Part shown: piece by piece, positions 10,436 to 23,795 of the stretch
How the letters are laid out: each line of letters begins with the position of its first letter
Numbering within the stretch: position 1 is the first letter of the stretch
Source: Pelomyxa schiedti
Lineage: Eukaryota > Protista > Evosea
Assembly: GCA_020536535.1 (NCBI GenBank)
Contig: JAHLWZ010000609.1
Coordinates: 1-43,877 of the forward strand
Direction: 5' to 3'
Length of the DNA stretch: 43,877 nt
Translations under genes and position numbers: made by a program
Notes under the pieces: generated by a model
What the model was told of the DNA's origin: nothing
What the model saw: only the letters and a program-made list of their open reading frames with translations
Database searches by the model: none

Positions 10436-12022
10436 GAGCGAATCGCCTCCCACAATGACAACCGCAGCTGCATCGTGGACCGGGCCAGCAGAACAGGCGG
10501 CCAAGGAAATTGCAGAAGCCACTAACATAGTGATTTTTTCGGGTATGTTTTTTTTTATTTTTCCTTTGTTTCTTTGGGAACTTGGCATTTGGAACGAGGA
10601 TTCTTATTTTGTCGTGCCCATTTTGCTTATTATGAACTAATGTCCAAGTGCAGGGGCAGGAATGAGTGCAGAAAGTGGGATTCCAACTTTCAGGGGGTCT
10701 GGTGGCCTATGGGTATTTCTACATTTCTCTCATTTTGCATTCAAGTGTATAGGATAATTTCTCTCCTTCTATCTATGGCACTGTACCAGGTCTTGCTTTA
10801 ACTGCCATTTTCAGGTTTCTTCTTTTTTTTAATTTAAAGAATGTTATCCTTTAGCTAGGCCAGGGAGGTTTGGTGACTTTTTACATGCTGTTGTCAACAC
10901 ATTCGCAACCGCAGTGCCAAACCCTGGGCATAGGGCCATTGCCGAATTGGAGACTTTGAAGCCATCCACGTCGATTGTCACTCAAAACGTAGATGGTCTT
11001 CACCAGGTTCCTTTTTTACTGTTTGCATCTAGTTTTTGATCCCTGAAGGCTGCTGGAAGTCGGGTGGTGTGGGAGGTGCATGGATCTTTACTTCGCCTTC
11101 GCTGTGAGACTTGTGGACACATTCAAAATTGCACGCCAGCTGAAATGGTTGCCTTATTGAAATCCCGAGCTTGGTCTTAATCCACAAGCGCACAATAACA
11201 GATGCATTCGTTGAAGCTGGATGGATACTTCCAAGACTATTTTCAAAGAAAGGGTTCCCACCCTGTTCAATCTGTCACTCCTTGCAACGCCCTGATGTAG
11301 TTCTATTTGTATGCACTTTTCTTGTTCTACACCCTTCGCAGTTCCCTGATGTTTACTTCCTCACCCCTTTTTCTGACTGGTGCAGGGTGAAGGATTACCT
11401 GCTGAACAGTGGGATGGTAACCTAACAACACCTTACTCTCGAGTTTCACCTATCCTTACCCTTACACACAGGTGCCGAAAAAGCCTGCAGGCACGCCAAC
11501 GTTATAATAATCATTGGGACAAGTGCAACAGTGTACCCCGCCAACCAACTTCCTGCAACCGCCAAGCGCTGCGGAGCCACTGTAATCGAGGTGAACCCGT
11601 ACCCGGCATTCCCCTACGCCGACATTGTCCTCGAAGCCTCGGCCAGCGTGGTGCTTCCATATCTCATAAACGCCGTGCGCCAACGCATGCACGCCACAAC
11701 ACCCACACCCCTTTCCTCAACACCCAGCAGCTCTTCCACTTCCACTTCCACTTCCACTTCCACTTCCACTTCCACTTCCACTTCCACTTCCACTTCCACT
11801 TCCACTTCCACTTCCACTTCCACATCCACAGCAGAAACAAGTACAGCACCCAGTTCAAGTACAGAGAGCACAGTCCCGCTGGGTGATAATAAGCATGAAA
11901 GCAGTCACAGGCATAAGCACCACCACAAACACCACACCACTGACACCAATTCTGATGCCATGGAGGCTGAGAAACAATCCCTTACAAAAAGCAAAAGCAG
12001 CTCATCCTCTGATTCCACTTGA
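10398..12022 (+). CDS. Sir2-family NAD+-dependent deacylase (CobB/class III-U like) with Ser/Thr/His-rich tail
   Basis: The spliced frame gives FSGAGMSAESGIPTFRGSGGLW, PNPGH, VTQNVDGLHQAAGS, EVHGSL, CETC...CSIC, RPDVVLFGE, IIGTSATVYPA and IEVNP. Introns include 10543-10653, 10815-10858, 11007-11048 and 11148-11188. Confidence 0.93.
11734..11823 (+). repeat. (TTCCAC)15 coding microsatellite encoding (ST)n in the sirtuin tail
   Basis: Perfect hexamer run in frame with ORF 11531-12022. Confidence 0.95.
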
Positions 12023-12184
12023 AGGTGGCACTAGAATTCCTCCTAAAAAAAGAGATAAACTCGACCAGCAAGCATCAAATTGTTCTTTCTTAGGAACTTC
12101 TTAACGGAGGGCAACCAACAAGCAGTACTCCTCACTGTGCTTTGAGCACTCATCAAAACGGTTGTTTTCGGTGAAACCAAGTGC

Positions 12185-13688
12185 ATGGCTGGCAACAAAA
12201 CGTCAGTTGCACCGTTTCTTGATGTAATCGTTGGGGCTAGGGACCAATTTTTGACACTGGCTGGTGCATTCTTGCTCCCAAGGTGAGGTACCAAAAATAA
12301 TTAAATTAAGCAATAAAACGTAAATGGCTTATGGAACAAAACAGAAACAACAGGGTAGAGTGCCCAGTGTGTTATGTGCCACAACAGATCATAAGTCGCA
12401 AAATTGGGCAGCGCTGGATCCTGTGTGTGGACAGACGGGCTGTTTTCTCACTCAAGGTTGCTACCACTGATGTGCACAGGGAAAAGAGAGCAGTGAAGGT
12501 GTTCATTGGGGTGTCACACACTCTGGGAGTTGTGAGGTGTGGTTGCTACTTGTCTGCTAATCCGGGGGATACCCTTGATGCATGGGTTGTTGGTGACACT
12601 TTCATCGGCACTACAATAACCACTGGCAGCTTTGGGCTGACAGAGACAGCGAAGACCGTGGCAAGGTTGGATGGGAATGGCACATGTGTTCAGAAACTTG
12701 TGACAGTTCCGGCGTATCAATTGGAATTTGCACGGGCCAGCAGTGAGTGGGTTGTTGTGGGGCTTACGTTAACTATACAGCTGTGGAAGGTCTGGATGGA
12801 AGACCTGGCGTATCCTAGTGTGGGCATCAAGCTGAAGAAGAGATACACTGATGCGAGGCTGTACAGTAGAGACCGCCGGTGCTGGATGGTTATTATCGTG
12901 GCAGCCAAGTGTGTTGACTTTGTGGATTTGGAGCAGAGCTTCCAGACTGGCGAATTGGTTATTCCTATGACTGTCAATCTGCAAATCGGGAACACAGGAC
13001 CGTACTATGGGGTTGACTACATGTGGCTTCCAAATGGCTACCTCTTAACACTGCACTGCGCCTATGAACTCCACTTTGATCAATATGATCCTGTCACCAA
13101 CTCCGCCGTTCAGTCTGAGACTGGACCTTATGCTCCAAAAGCATGTGCAACGGCATTGGGGAACGAACACATATGTGTCAGCGACGTTCTTCCCGGTTTC
13201 ACTTCAGGATACGAGGTTGAGTGCACGGTGTACCACTCGTCGTGTCTCACTGCCCCGTGCTGCCCACCAGTAGCGTGTGCCTGGCACTCAGAAATGATGC
13301 CTTCGCATCTTGGGATCCTGCCTACTATTGACCCTCCGAACTTGCCACCATCACACAGTGGTTGTGGNNNNNNNNNNNNNNNNNNNNNNNNNNNNNNNNN
13401 NNNNNNNNNNNNNNNNNNNNNNNNNNNNNNNNNNNNNNNNNNNNNNNNNNNNNNNNNNNNNNNNNNNTCACTGCCCCGTGCTGCCCACCAGTAGCGTGTG
13501 CCTGGCACTCAGAAATGATGCCTTCGCATCTTGGGATCCTGCCTACTATTGACCCTCCGAACTTGCCACCATCACACAGTGGTTGTGGTGGCGTGAATGG
13601 GGAAACACTATGCATTAAATTCATGGACGCACTCTCGGCTGCAAAGCTTGTGCTACTCACAGCTCCAAACATGACTATTGCTTGTTGA
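12185..13688 (+). CDS. Hypothetical protein, probably a lineage-expanded beta-rich family
   Basis: Exon 12185-12282 (MAGNKTSV...ARDQFLTLAGAFLLP) joins via GT-AG intron 12283-12353 to a long open frame. The frame is continuous to the stop at 13688 once the gap duplication is collapsed. No recognised domain. Confidence 0.7.
13247..13588. other. Scaffold gap (100 N) with exact 121-nt flank duplication; assembly artefact
   Basis: 13247-13367 is repeated from 13468. Confidence 0.9.
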
Positions 13689-13902
13689 AGACAAAAAGCA
13701 CCATGTTTCGTGGGATATTATTTGAACATTACATAGGAAACAAGGAACCACTTTTTCGGTTAATTGAAACCAACGCATGGGGCTTGACACATTTGTGCTC
13801 TTTTGGAATGCCACAAACCGTAGTTATCAATCTAGCCTTTCAGCCGAGAGTTCAGTCACGGATGCACCATACTCTCGAATCAATGTGTGTCCATCCATCC
13901 CA

Positions 13903-14388
13903 TCATAAGAGTTGTTTTTCGGTAGTGTAGATGCCAGAGTGCGCCTCAATAACCTCCAGGTCCCACAATGCCTCGCGGTTTGGGTCAGACGACAGATCGA
14001 CGCACTTGTGCACGCCCACGACCCTGCGGCCCCCAAGGAACCCCAGCCTGCCAATCACCAGGTAATATCTCCCTGCCTCGACCACCTGCCTGTGCTTTGG
14101 CGACACCTGTATCTCCACCGTGCCCGTGCCGTCGTCGAGCACGTGCACGCCGCCGCCGCCGCCGCCGCCGCCGACTCCCCTGTGCTCCACCACGACGCCC
14201 TGGAGCCACACGCGCTGGAACAGGACGCGGCTGCCGCTCTGCGGGGCGCGGAAGCAGGGGCAGCCGTCGCGCGTCGTGTGGGGCAGCACGCCGTCGAGCT
14301 GCGAGACGAAGAACTTGCGGCAGGGCAGGTTGGGGTCCATTTTGTTGTTGGGGGGTGCTTGCGATGCGGACGGTTGTTGGTGTGCCAT
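13903..14388 (-). CDS. RMI2: RecQ-mediated genome instability protein 2 (OB fold)
   Basis: Motifs KFFVSQL, LFQRVWLQGVVV, LDDGTG, GRYYLVIG and VHKCVDLS..PNREALWDLEVIEA match RMI2. Intronless. The start could alternatively be 14340. Confidence 0.88.
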   Translation of the reverse strand: MAHQQPSASQAPPNNKMDPNLPCRKFFVSQLDGVLPHTTRDGCPCFRAPQSGSRVLFQRVWLQGVVVEHRGVGGGGGGGGVHVLDDGTGTVEIQVSPKHRQVVEAGRYYLVIGRLGFLGGRRVVGVHKCVDLSSDPNREALWDLEVIEAHSGIYTTEKQLL

Positions 14389-14468
14389 CAAGGTGTTTTC
14401 GTCCAAGAAGAGAAAAACGAAATTGGCCGGTGCGCTCATTTTCGAACTGGAAGAAAAAAGGGGTTCTT

Positions 14469-15105
14469 TTATTTGTTGAACTTGTTGTAAAGGGCAATGC
14501 TCACCAAAATAATACCAAGTAGAAAAGTTTCACCAGTTGCCATTGATGCAAGGAATAAGGATGCAGACCATCCAGAAGCTTCAGCATAATCAGGAGCCAT
14601 CACACTGAAGCAAATAAAGGCAGCCCAAAATATCAGAGCCCCAATAAGCCCAAGAACTTCCAGTATGAACCAAAGACAACAACCTTCAGCTTTTGCAGTC
14701 TCAGGCCGACAAAGCAGGAACAATATGAAAAGCAGAGCAAAAAGGCACATGAAAGAAGAAGCTATCCAAGTAAGATCTGAAATTACATTTTTGGTGTACA
14801 CCATAAATTCCTGCTCAGACGATGTGAGCTCATAGGACTCTATCAGTTGTTAGTACAACCAGGGAAGTCACGTGAGTAACCAAGAATAAGAAAATATTCA
14901 TCTTCATCTGCAGCAAACTGCATGGGAACTGCCACCACGATATACTTTGTGTGGTAAGAATGATTTTTTTTTTTGATGAATCACATACAACTCCCAGGAC
15001 AACCAATAAAAAAGCCCCAATATAAAGAAAATAACGGCAGCAATCTCTATTACCCTGCCTGATGTCCTCGTCATCACTCACTTCCACCAAAACATATTTT
15101 GGCAT
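14469..15105 (-). CDS. Hypothetical 4-transmembrane protein (~185 aa, 2 introns)
   Basis: The ATG follows an A-rich leader. Two GT-AG introns join MPKYVL...VVLGV / YIVVAVP...FLIL / ESYELT...YNKFNK. Four hydrophobic stretches. Confidence 0.7.
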
Positions 15106-15135
15106 TTTGCGGCTGTTGATTTTTTTTTTTTTAAA

Positions 15136-15225
15136 TGGCTGAATAAAAAAAACACCAGACCGCCGAGACTGGGCGATGACACGAAAACGACAGCGTTCCG
15201 GTCTGTTGATTATTTTATTCAGCCA
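15136..15225. repeat. Imperfect 27-bp inverted repeat with 36-nt spacer upstream of the 4-TM gene
   Basis: TGGCTGAATAAAA-n7-CAGACCG (15136-15162) is complementary to CGGTCTG-n7-TTTTATTCAGCCA (15199-15225). Confidence 0.75.
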
Positions 15226-15659
15226 AATGGTTTCCACACCCCTTCGTGAGGAAACCAACTTTGTGTCAGTCAGGAAAAGTGACTTGAATGTGGAGGGGTG
15301 TCATCAATTAATTGGCAAGACTCTTTTGATACTGTTAATGGCATATGTCTAGTGTCCCAAAGGAGACAATATAGTCTTTTACTAATTACTGCATATTAAT
15401 GCATCCCCACAAGCACACTTCTAGCAACAGACCCACTATCACTGCACAGAAAGACTGAAACCCCACAGGGGCAATAGGCCACTGACTCCGTTCAAAAGCC
15501 GTGAAACAAATGGCAATGCTGCGAGTCTCAACGACAAGAAACACTTTTGGCGTGATCGGTATCTGTGCAGTGGATAAAAATGAGATCATGAAGAAGAGGA
15601 GGGGCGCACGCACATTGGCCAGACCTTGGGTCTACTAATACAGTGGGTTTCCCTGGTCC

Positions 15660-16013
15660 TCATACAAACGCGTGGGAAGTGGCAGGGTCAAAATCGCGCA
15701 GCTTGAGCACCAGCCTCGCCAGCCTCTCGGGATCCAGCCCCGCGTCGCACAGCTGAACCAACACCGCCAGTTCCTCCCTCGACAATCCGGTGTCCAGCAG
15801 CTGCGAGATACTGTACAACTGGTCAAACACGGCCCCGCCGCCGCTGCCGGCTCCACCGGGTTCCGCCAATGTCGAAGTCGAGGAGGACGAGGGGGCCGTT
15901 GTGGTGGTTGTTGTCGTGGTTGTCGTGGCGGAAGAACCCGTCGGTGAGGCAGAAGTGGACGTGGTCGGAGGCGCGTTCGGTGCTGAGGGCGTGGGGATGC
16001 TTGTGGCGGACAT
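15660..16013 (-). CDS. MZT1: Mitotic-spindle organizing protein 1 (MOZART1/GIP) with Thr/Ser-rich N-terminal extension
   Basis: VFDQLYSISQLLDTGLSREELAVLVQLCDAGLDPERLARLVLKLR matches the MOZART1 consensus. Confidence 0.88.
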   Translation of the reverse strand: MSATSIPTPSAPNAPPTTSTSASPTGSSATTTTTTTTTTAPSSSSTSTLAEPGGAGSGGGAVFDQLYSISQLLDTGLSREELAVLVQLCDAGLDPERLARLVLKLRDFDPATSHAFV

Positions 16014-16239
16014 TTTTGGTTTTTTTCCGCCCCCTTCGATGTAATGATTAGGTCTGTGCCAGATCAGTCTGATCTCAAGTCCAAAGATCGCGGGTCTGTG
16101 GACCGCAGTTATGTGTTCCAAATTCGGGAGTCATGCTTCAGTCGAAAACGTGTGCCCAGAGGGAAGCTAGAAGATTTGTCTTTCGAAAACTGAAAAAAAA
16201 TTGGTGAAGAAGTTGTTGGCACAACAAACAACCTCAGAA

Positions 16240-18731
16240 ATGAACGACGATGCCTTGATAGCGGGCATCATGGGGATGGGGTTCTCCTTGACTGCAGCTA
16301 CGGCGGCCGTATCCAGTGGCAAGACGACGCTTGGCGGCGCCGTAGACTTCATCCTCTCCAACCCTGTGCGTCTACGTTTGTTTTGTCTCTCACCACTCAC
16401 TCACCCACGCCCTCTACTACTGAATTGATTGAATTCTTACACACCGAACAAGCACCTGATGGCCGTTGTGGAGGAGACAGTGGCCAAGCCAGTGTCGGCT
16501 CCGCCGCTTACGCCATTCACTACTGCTCCGAGTCTCACTCCTCCTCCTCACACCGAAAGTTCCGTCTCCATGTTCCCTGCGGAGTTTGGAGGTGCTGTCA
16601 CTAGCAGCACAACTTCCAGCTCCATTGTGTGTACACCGTCTAATGCTGGTGCAGATGACACTGATACAGTAATTTTCTTTTCATTCCCTTCTTTTTTTTT
16701 TTTCGGGGGCCTTAGCTACTGCTTCCAGATTGAACTACCTCCTGAGCCTGAAGAAAATACAAGTATGCTAGATGCCGTCAAAGCTGATGCATTAAGTGAA
16801 GAGCAACTTGCGGGATTACTGCACTCCCTCGTGGAGTCTTGCACCAAAGTTACCTCTTGTATTTTTTTCCCCCTTTTCCCCTGTTTATTTATCTTCCCTA
16901 TTTAGTACCATTTGGACAATGCGTACTTGTACTGAAAAGCTTTAAGTGCGTCTTCTCCACACAAACAGAGTATGTAAATGAAAAACAGATGGAATCAAGA
17001 ACGGATGATGGAAGCCTTTTTCGAAGATCCTGAAAGAATTCTTTCCAAACTTGGTCTTCCAGCAGAAATGCTGTTACCCTCAGGTTTTGGGAGCTGTGGA
17101 GTCTGTGGTGATGATGTGCTAGTATCTCCAGAAAGGTAGTGACGCAAACCTGACTTGTTTATTAACTAAGCACAGTGTTAATCTGCCATGTGCACATATC
17201 TTTTGTAATGAATGCTGGGCAGAATATCTGCGAGTCAAACTCTTTGATGAAAATCAAGGACTCAATTTGACGGTATTTCTAGGGAATTGTTCACAAATTT
17301 AACGGTGTTTCATTAGTGCATGGCTCCTAAATGTAAATCTGCAGTGACTATTGAACATGTGAAGGTGGCAGCACCTGGTCTGATTGATAAGTACTCTAAG
17401 TGCATGGTACGCTCTTTGGTTGAGGATAATGTTTATATCAAGGTTAGCTTGTTCTTACTTTTTCAACTTTCTTCTTAAATTTCTCTTTCACAGTGGTGCC
17501 CTTCCCCTGGTTGCTCCTATGCACTTCGTTCATCATTGATAAAGTCACCCCTGGTATTGTGCAAGTGTGGTTTCAAGATGTGGTAATGGTCGTCGTGTAT
17601 CCTATCGAAAATTTATACCACTCAGTTTCATGTGTAATGAAGAGGCTCACTTTCCTGCCAACTGTGCGATGGTACAGTGCCGTTTTTATTTTGTTACTTT
17701 TTCATTTTCCAATGCATTTTGTAGCTGAAAAAGTGGTTGGAAAAGTGCCGTGACGACTCTGAGGTAGGATTATGTTCTCTGGAATAATGGAAATGTTTTT
17801 ACTCTTGAACAGACATACCATTGGATTCAAGTTAATACCAAAATTTGTATGTTTCATACCGTAACCATTTTTCTGATTTAATTAAGGCCCAAAGTGCAAG
17901 TCCGCCATAGAAAAGAATGGAGGTGAAGTTTCTATTCGAATTCGTATTGTCTAATTTTTTTCCCTAGGATGTAACCACATGGTATAATGTGAGTTCAAAT
18001 AGCATTCCCTTATTTCGTGTAGACCTGCAGAAACTGTCGTCACGAATTTTGCTGGTTATGTTTTGGAGATTGGCACAACCACCGAGCCTGCAACAAATAC
18101 ACGGTATATTGTTTATTCCTTTTTTTTTTTCTCCAATTTGCTTTAAGGAAGACGATGTTACCAAAATGCACAAAGAATCTCTTGATAAATACTTGTTCTA
18201 TTACAATAGATATTACCAGCACCAGCAATCAAGCAAATTCGAGACGGAACTTAGGTATTTTTGGTAGAAACACTCCCACATTAAAACTCTACCCACATCA
18301 GATCAAAGGCGTTGACCACCATGACCTGCCTCCAAAGCCAAAATGCAAGACTCGTTGATGTGGAATATGTTATCAATGCAGCTGAGCAGCTTATTGAGGC
18401 AATAATGTGCTAAATCATTCTAATCACTGACCACTCCCCAGTGCCGCAGGGTAATGAAGAACACATATGTTCTGGCGTTCTACATGCCATCCGGCGCAGA
18501 GAAGAATTTATTTGAATACTTACAGCAAGAGCTGGAAGTGTGCACGGAGAAACTATCAGAGCTCCTAGAAAGCAGCAAGGTTTTGACTATGTCACACACT
18601 TTCTTCTTTTCAACAATTCACAGACAGTGGAGAAGAGGCGTGTAGTGGACACAGCAAGGCTGGCTCACAATAGGCTTGTACACTTGTTGGAAGGTGTTGA
18701 AGAAGGCCTCACTGGCAGGAGCCGCCACTAA
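16240..18731 (+). CDS. Ariadne-family RBR E3 ubiquitin ligase with extra N-terminal UBA domain
   Basis: UBA motif IMGMGFS...AVDFIL and UBA-like FKWNQERMMEAFFEDPE. RING1 is CGVC...CAHIFCNECW and IBR is WCPSPGC. RING2 is [34 protein letters not shown]. The Ariadne domain is YLFYYNRY...CRRVMKNTYVLAFY...FEYLQQELEVCTEKLSELLE. Many short introns. Confidence 0.92.
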
Positions 18732-18817
18732 CTCTGTTATGTATGTGTTACTGGCATTTGTTATTCAAAAAAAAAAAAAGTAAAAAATTACCTTTTGTGG
18801 ACTTCCATACTGTGAGC

Positions 18818-19126
18818 TCAAAACAATCGTCTGCCAACAACATCCATGCTTGAATCCACGGGTGTTGTTGTGACATTTGGTGGTCTGGCCAGTTGGATTA
18901 TGGGAGTACTGCTGACAGGGGTAATTGGCGTAGCAACCAACGAAGATGACGTAATATTGGCAACTGCAGAGGGCAGGGCAGTGCTGTCATTGTCCACCAT
19001 TAGCGAGGTTACCGTGGAACTTGGAGCAGCAGGGCGCGACGACGTGGATTCGTAATAATTAGTGAACAATTCCGGGCAGTCTGAGGCACTGACGTCGTTG
19101 AGTCTCGTTGGGCCAAGTCTAATCAT
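18818..19126 (-). CDS. Small protein, possibly APC/C subunit CDC26-like
   Basis: The ATG follows a purine-rich leader. The N-terminus MIRLGPTRL resembles CDC26 MLRRKPTRL, followed by a low-complexity Ser/Thr/Pro tail. 102 aa. Confidence 0.4.
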   Translation of the reverse strand: MIRLGPTRLNDVSASDCPELFTNYYESTSSRPAAPSSTVTSLMVDNDSTALPSAVANITSSSLVATPITPVSSTPIIQLARPPNVTTTPVDSSMDVVGRRLF

Positions 19127-19294
19127 CGACGCGGAAGACTTTAAAGATCCTTTTTTTTTCCCTTTCCTTCTCCTTTTTTCTTTCTTTTCTCTCAGTCACA
19201 GCGACAGGGACGTTTCGGTGGTTGGGTCGGTACCGGGTTCTGTGGTGGTGTGAAACAACAGCAAGACAATTGTGGGTGTCACAAGCATTAACAT

Positions 19295-20385
19295 ATGCCG
19301 CACAAGAGGAATTACGCAAACATAGGGAGCGTGTCCAGTCCCTCGTTGGATAACTTCGTAAAGTACATAATCATGGAATTTCCTCTGCACCATTATTTTT
19401 ATTTTATGTTTTTTTTCTTTTATTTTTTTTTTATATTATATACACGAGATACCGAACAAACAACATTAATAGGTTCTATGCCAAGACATCCAGCCGAGAT
19501 AAGCTTCTTCGCCTTGCTCAGTTTGCTTCCCGCCTCATACTACAATTCCACGGCGGGCCATCGTCCCAGCGAGCGCCGCGGTCGCTGACGGAATTCTACC
19601 ACGAGATTCTCATAACGCGCAAGGTGATATCGCTGGGCGGCTGGATTTCCGAAATAGGCAAGCTCTCCGTGGCGCTGGCCTCGAGGCGCGCGTACCTCGC
19701 GGCCGCGGCGTCGTCGGTCGCCCGCGGCGGAATATCGCCCCTGAACGAGTCTGGATCATACGAGGTGCCAAGAGCCTCGAAGTTTGACAAGGAGTCCGTG
19801 ATGCTGGTGCTGGCCTCGGCCGGCACTTTCGTGTACTTGCTGTTCGACAACTTGTGCTTCCTGTCTCGATACACGCAGGTGCTGCAGGGCGTCGTGGATG
19901 CCGAGAGAATGGGAATGATCAGCGCAAGGGGCCTGCTGTTTGGAAACTTAGTAGTATCTGTGATGGACACCAGGTCCCTCGTTGAGTGTGTTGGCGCAAT
20001 CAGGAGGCACAAAAAGGCCTCGAGACTCGCCGCAATTTCCCGTTCCTCGACCTCTTTGACGCCGTCTTCATCACCGGCACCATTTGCATCGACGTCAATC
20101 GGCCCCTCCGTGAGTTATGGGCCGTCGACCCCTCCCATAATAGCTACGTACCCGAGCCATCTTGGATTCCAGAGGAACATGCTGATGGCCGTCCTTGTCA
20201 AGAACGTGTGCGATGTACTCGTCTCAGGGTACTATTCAGAACTGTGGTATGCCAATCCAGGGTTCATCTCAGTCCTTGGAGTTCTCTCCTCTGCAATTGC
20301 TGTCTTTGAGAACTGGGTCACCACCACATCCCCTAATTCCCTACCTCCAACTTCACCTCATCTCAACCTGACAAAATACCCATGA
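19295..20385 (+). CDS. PEX11: Peroxisomal biogenesis factor 11
   Basis: Intron 19363-19472 joins SLDNFVK to FYAKTSSRDKLLRLAQFASR, the PEX11 N-terminal motif. Also present are ITRKVISLG, YLLFDNLCFL and the C-terminal LVKNVCD...VLGVLSSAIAVFENW. Confidence 0.88.
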
Positions 20386-20543
20386 GAAAAACCCAACACT
20401 ATTAAATTAAAACCCCTGCCCTTATGCCACTTTGGGCTTGGCTCGGAGCCCAACTTGCCTTTGGCACATTGATGGGCGAATTTTCAAGAATGTGCGACAT
20501 GACAACCATAAAAAAAAAATAGCCGAGATTTAGAGGAGCTGCG

Positions 20544-23722
<3,179 letters not shown>

Positions 23723-23795
23723 AAATCATGCCTTATTGTTTTATTTCCTTTTTGTCAAGAGAGGCCACGGTTTTTTTGAAGCTTCCTTTTTTTCC

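Noticed and set aside
810-13588. Three apparent tandem duplications around N runs
   Set aside because: All are exactly 121 nt and flank 100-N gaps. This indicates assembler k-mer overlap, not biology.
13912-14522. Long overlapping ORFs opposite or out of frame with RMI2, and similar shadow ORFs elsewhere
   Set aside because: By-products of GC-rich codon usage in the real gene.
15386-15613. Hydrophobic minus-strand ORF downstream of MZT1
   Set aside because: No credible ATG start or recognisable homology; it may be UTR or a fragment.
20424-20466. Hairpin TTGGGCT/AGCCCAA after PEX11
   Set aside because: A short single stem, within chance expectation.
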